Of a DNA stretch of 64,000 bases, positions 61,956 to 64,000 are shown in pieces. The translations under genes and the position numbers were made by a program. Source of the stretch: Amoebophrya sp. A120 (taxonomy: Eukaryota; Protista; Dinoflagellata); NCBI GenBank assembly GCA_905178155.1, contig CAJINV010000015.1, positions 911,907 to 975,906 on the forward strand. Direction: 5' to 3'. Under the pieces are notes generated by a model that saw nothing but the letters and a program-made list of their open reading frames with translations, made no database searches and had not been told where the DNA came from. The number at the start of each line of letters is the position of its first letter. Positions within the stretch are counted from its first letter, which is position 1.

Positions 61956-64000
61956 TCAGCAACAGCTCGCGGAGGTTCCGCCCCCCTCACCACCACCGTC
62001 ACCGGGTTGTTGCAACAATTCACTCGCCGAAGTCACCAGCGTGTTGATGCCACAAGCTCCCGTCCCGCGCGCGATACGGAAATACCCCTCCTCGCCCCAA
62101 TCCGCCCCCCACGAGTTCCGAATTTTCCACCATTTCATCACGACGGAGGTCGTCCCATCTTCAGAAGTAGAACCCATTTTTTCAACCATTTCCGCCACCC
62201 TGTCCGCCGCGGCTCGGACGGATCCCCGGGCCATAACGCCCTCGGTCTGCAGCTGCAAGTGGTGCTGCAGCAAGCGCTTGGTTTTTCTCGGGTGCTTCGG
62301 AACCATTTCCGCCCCGTCTTGGCCAAAAGCGACGATGGCAACACCGTGATCCAACTGTTCCGGGTTACACATCGAAGTTGTTTTCGGCGTAATGATCCCC
62401 CCGGAATACAATCGTGTATGAAAGTGGACAACGAAGAACAACTCTCGAGTGGTCTGGTAAGGACCCCTTCAATTTTTTTGAATGTAGCGATGCAAAATTA
62501 CAATAAGCTGGGTTCTATCCCTGGCGTAGTCGCACGTCGTCTTTGTCTTCTTGATGCAGGAGTGCATGCGCAGTAATACAAAAACTTTCTTCGCAATGGA
62601 GCAAAAAATGACCCCATGGAGAAGCCGCAATTAGTCTTGAGCGTGCGGTCCTTTCTCTTGCTCGCATGTTGTAGACAAGAACCTAGAGTACTTCTTCTCC
62701 ACTGTCGTACTGCAAACCGGCCCCTTTCGCATTGATTCCGGCTGACAAAACCCCGTACTTCATCAATGCCGCCGCGATTTCGTCTTCCACGGTGCTGATG
62801 GACAAAAACTGCTGGACGAAAATGCGTTCCCGCGCCGGGTCCTGATGACAGCCGTTTCCATCCTTTCCGATGTAGGGGTAATCGCTCTCCAACTCTAACC
62901 CAGTCTTCGTGGAGATCAGCCACTGCGCTGCCTGCGCCTGCAAACCCCCCTGGCACCCGAGGCTACTCGGGTGGTCGCAGTCTATCAGTTGCTGCTCAGA
63001 AAGATCGTACAGCTGCTTCAACTCCAGTAACGCCGCCCCCTCGGCATTCGCCACGGTGCTGAAGGCCCAACAGGAACCGCAGCGGCCCTGGTTTTTCACC
63101 GGGTTCGTGTACCCGTTGTCCAGCCAGGAATAACTGTCGGGTAGAGACATCTTCTTCGGGGAATCTGTCACAGTTCCATCAGTCGCTCGAGTATCCACTG
63201 CGAAGGAAAGTATCGCACTTGTCGCACAATTTGCAATCTATCGTTCGAACACAAATCTCGTTCAATTCATCCCAAGGTCAATCAGTATCAGCATGACAAG
63301 CTCCATATTTGTTCAACGAGCAAGTTTGTGAAGATGCAAGTCGTCGTACTAGTACGATGTACAACTTTTGCAAAACATACCGATCCGCGCCGAGCAAATG
63401 CGGCGCCTTCGTCGAGTGCGCCGCGACCATTTTTTTCAAATCTGCAGTGGCTATGGCGTTCTCAGCGAACTGTTACATCCTCAACTGTTACATGAATTTG
63501 TGATGCAAGAATGGCAAAAGTCAAAGGGGTGACCTTGCGCGCCTAGCATGACAGATTTGGCGCAGATTCTCCGCCTGTTTGGCTCTTCGAGAATTTGTCA
63601 TGCGAAGCAGCTTGATCGTATCAATTCTATTTCTATCTAATTGTGATTTTGCATGACAAATTCATGTAACAGTTGAGAATGTAACGCTTGAGAATGCCAT
63701 AGTGGCTGCGGCTTCGTTTTGATCCGGCGTATTATCTCCCGCGACATTCATGAATTCACGCTCCTCCAAGTCGGCGAGGGGGGTTAAGTGAGTGTGCGGA
63801 ATCCAATTGTCGTCGTTTTCGTTCAATTTTTCCAGTTTTTCGAGGTTTTTCAGGAAGATCTGCTTCCGCTTGGTCTCCTCTTCTAGTGATTCGTAGTGCT
63901 TTTTGTAGTGCTGTTTGAACTCCTGCCACTGGAGTTCGGCGAAATTAGTGTCGTCGGGTGGAGAGACTCTTTCCTTGTGAACGACTTGCTGCAAAAGGGA
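61956..64000 (-). CDS. papain-family (C1A) cathepsin L/F-like cysteine protease with I29 prodomain, 5' end outside window
   Basis: Prodomain [20 protein letters not shown] and [12 protein letters not shown]; catalytic [47 protein letters not shown]; 3 introner-type introns. Confidence 0.93.
62417..62709. mobile_element. degenerate introner-derived intron in the protease gene
   Basis: Decayed TIR TATGAAAGTGGACAACGAAG / TACGACAGTGGAGAAGAAG; removing element plus 5 nt gives the conserved GLQLYSGGI. Confidence 0.75.
63192..63379. mobile_element. aged family B-like introner
   Basis: Flanks TCGAG/CCGAT; in-frame join DR|ATDG. Confidence 0.8.
63452..63701. mobile_element. introner, family J
   Basis: TSD GTGGC; related to 57669-57916. 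Confidence 0.92.

Noticed and set aside
1-64000. Autonomous transposase or reverse transcriptase mobilising the elements
   Set aside because: I recognised no DDE, RT or tyrosine-recombinase motifs in any ORF; the hypothetical proteins would need HMM searches to exclude this fully.

Overview
Eukaryotic genomic DNA, most likely a parasitic early-branching dinoflagellate (Syndiniales, Amoebophrya-like). The grounds are an exact 22-nt dinoflagellate spliced leader at 46013-46034, all recognisable genes on the minus strand, and massive invasion by non-canonical intron elements. By hand-splicing I recover 11 protein genes: Sec23-like, RRM+WW, GBP/atlastin-like GTPase, RsuA/RluB-like pseudouridine synthase homologue, two type-I membrane proteins (one PAN/Apple-like), a giant degenerate AAA protein, a papain-family protease and three hypotheticals. 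There is also a truncated gene duplicate and a probable SL RNA gene. The dominant feature is about 47 MITE-like 'introner' elements (109-357 bp, about 10 sequence families). They begin and end with TA(T)...(A)TA terminal inverted repeats, are flanked by a 5-bp target-site duplication (TSD) and share an internal GCAT(G/T/C)ACAA motif. Removing an element plus one TSD copy restores the reading frame at every coding insertion I checked, in either element orientation and mostly without GT-AG. The window also shows filled versus empty insertion sites between paralogues, evidence for a 4|1 splice register in the TSD, apparent ageing of introners into GT-type introns, a net 1-nt micro-exon, and a cluster of the introner motif upstream of the SL sequence. 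Introners with inverted and direct repeats are already reported for Amoebophrya genomes. The mechanistic details here are my inferences from DNA alone, without RNA data. No transposase gene was seen.
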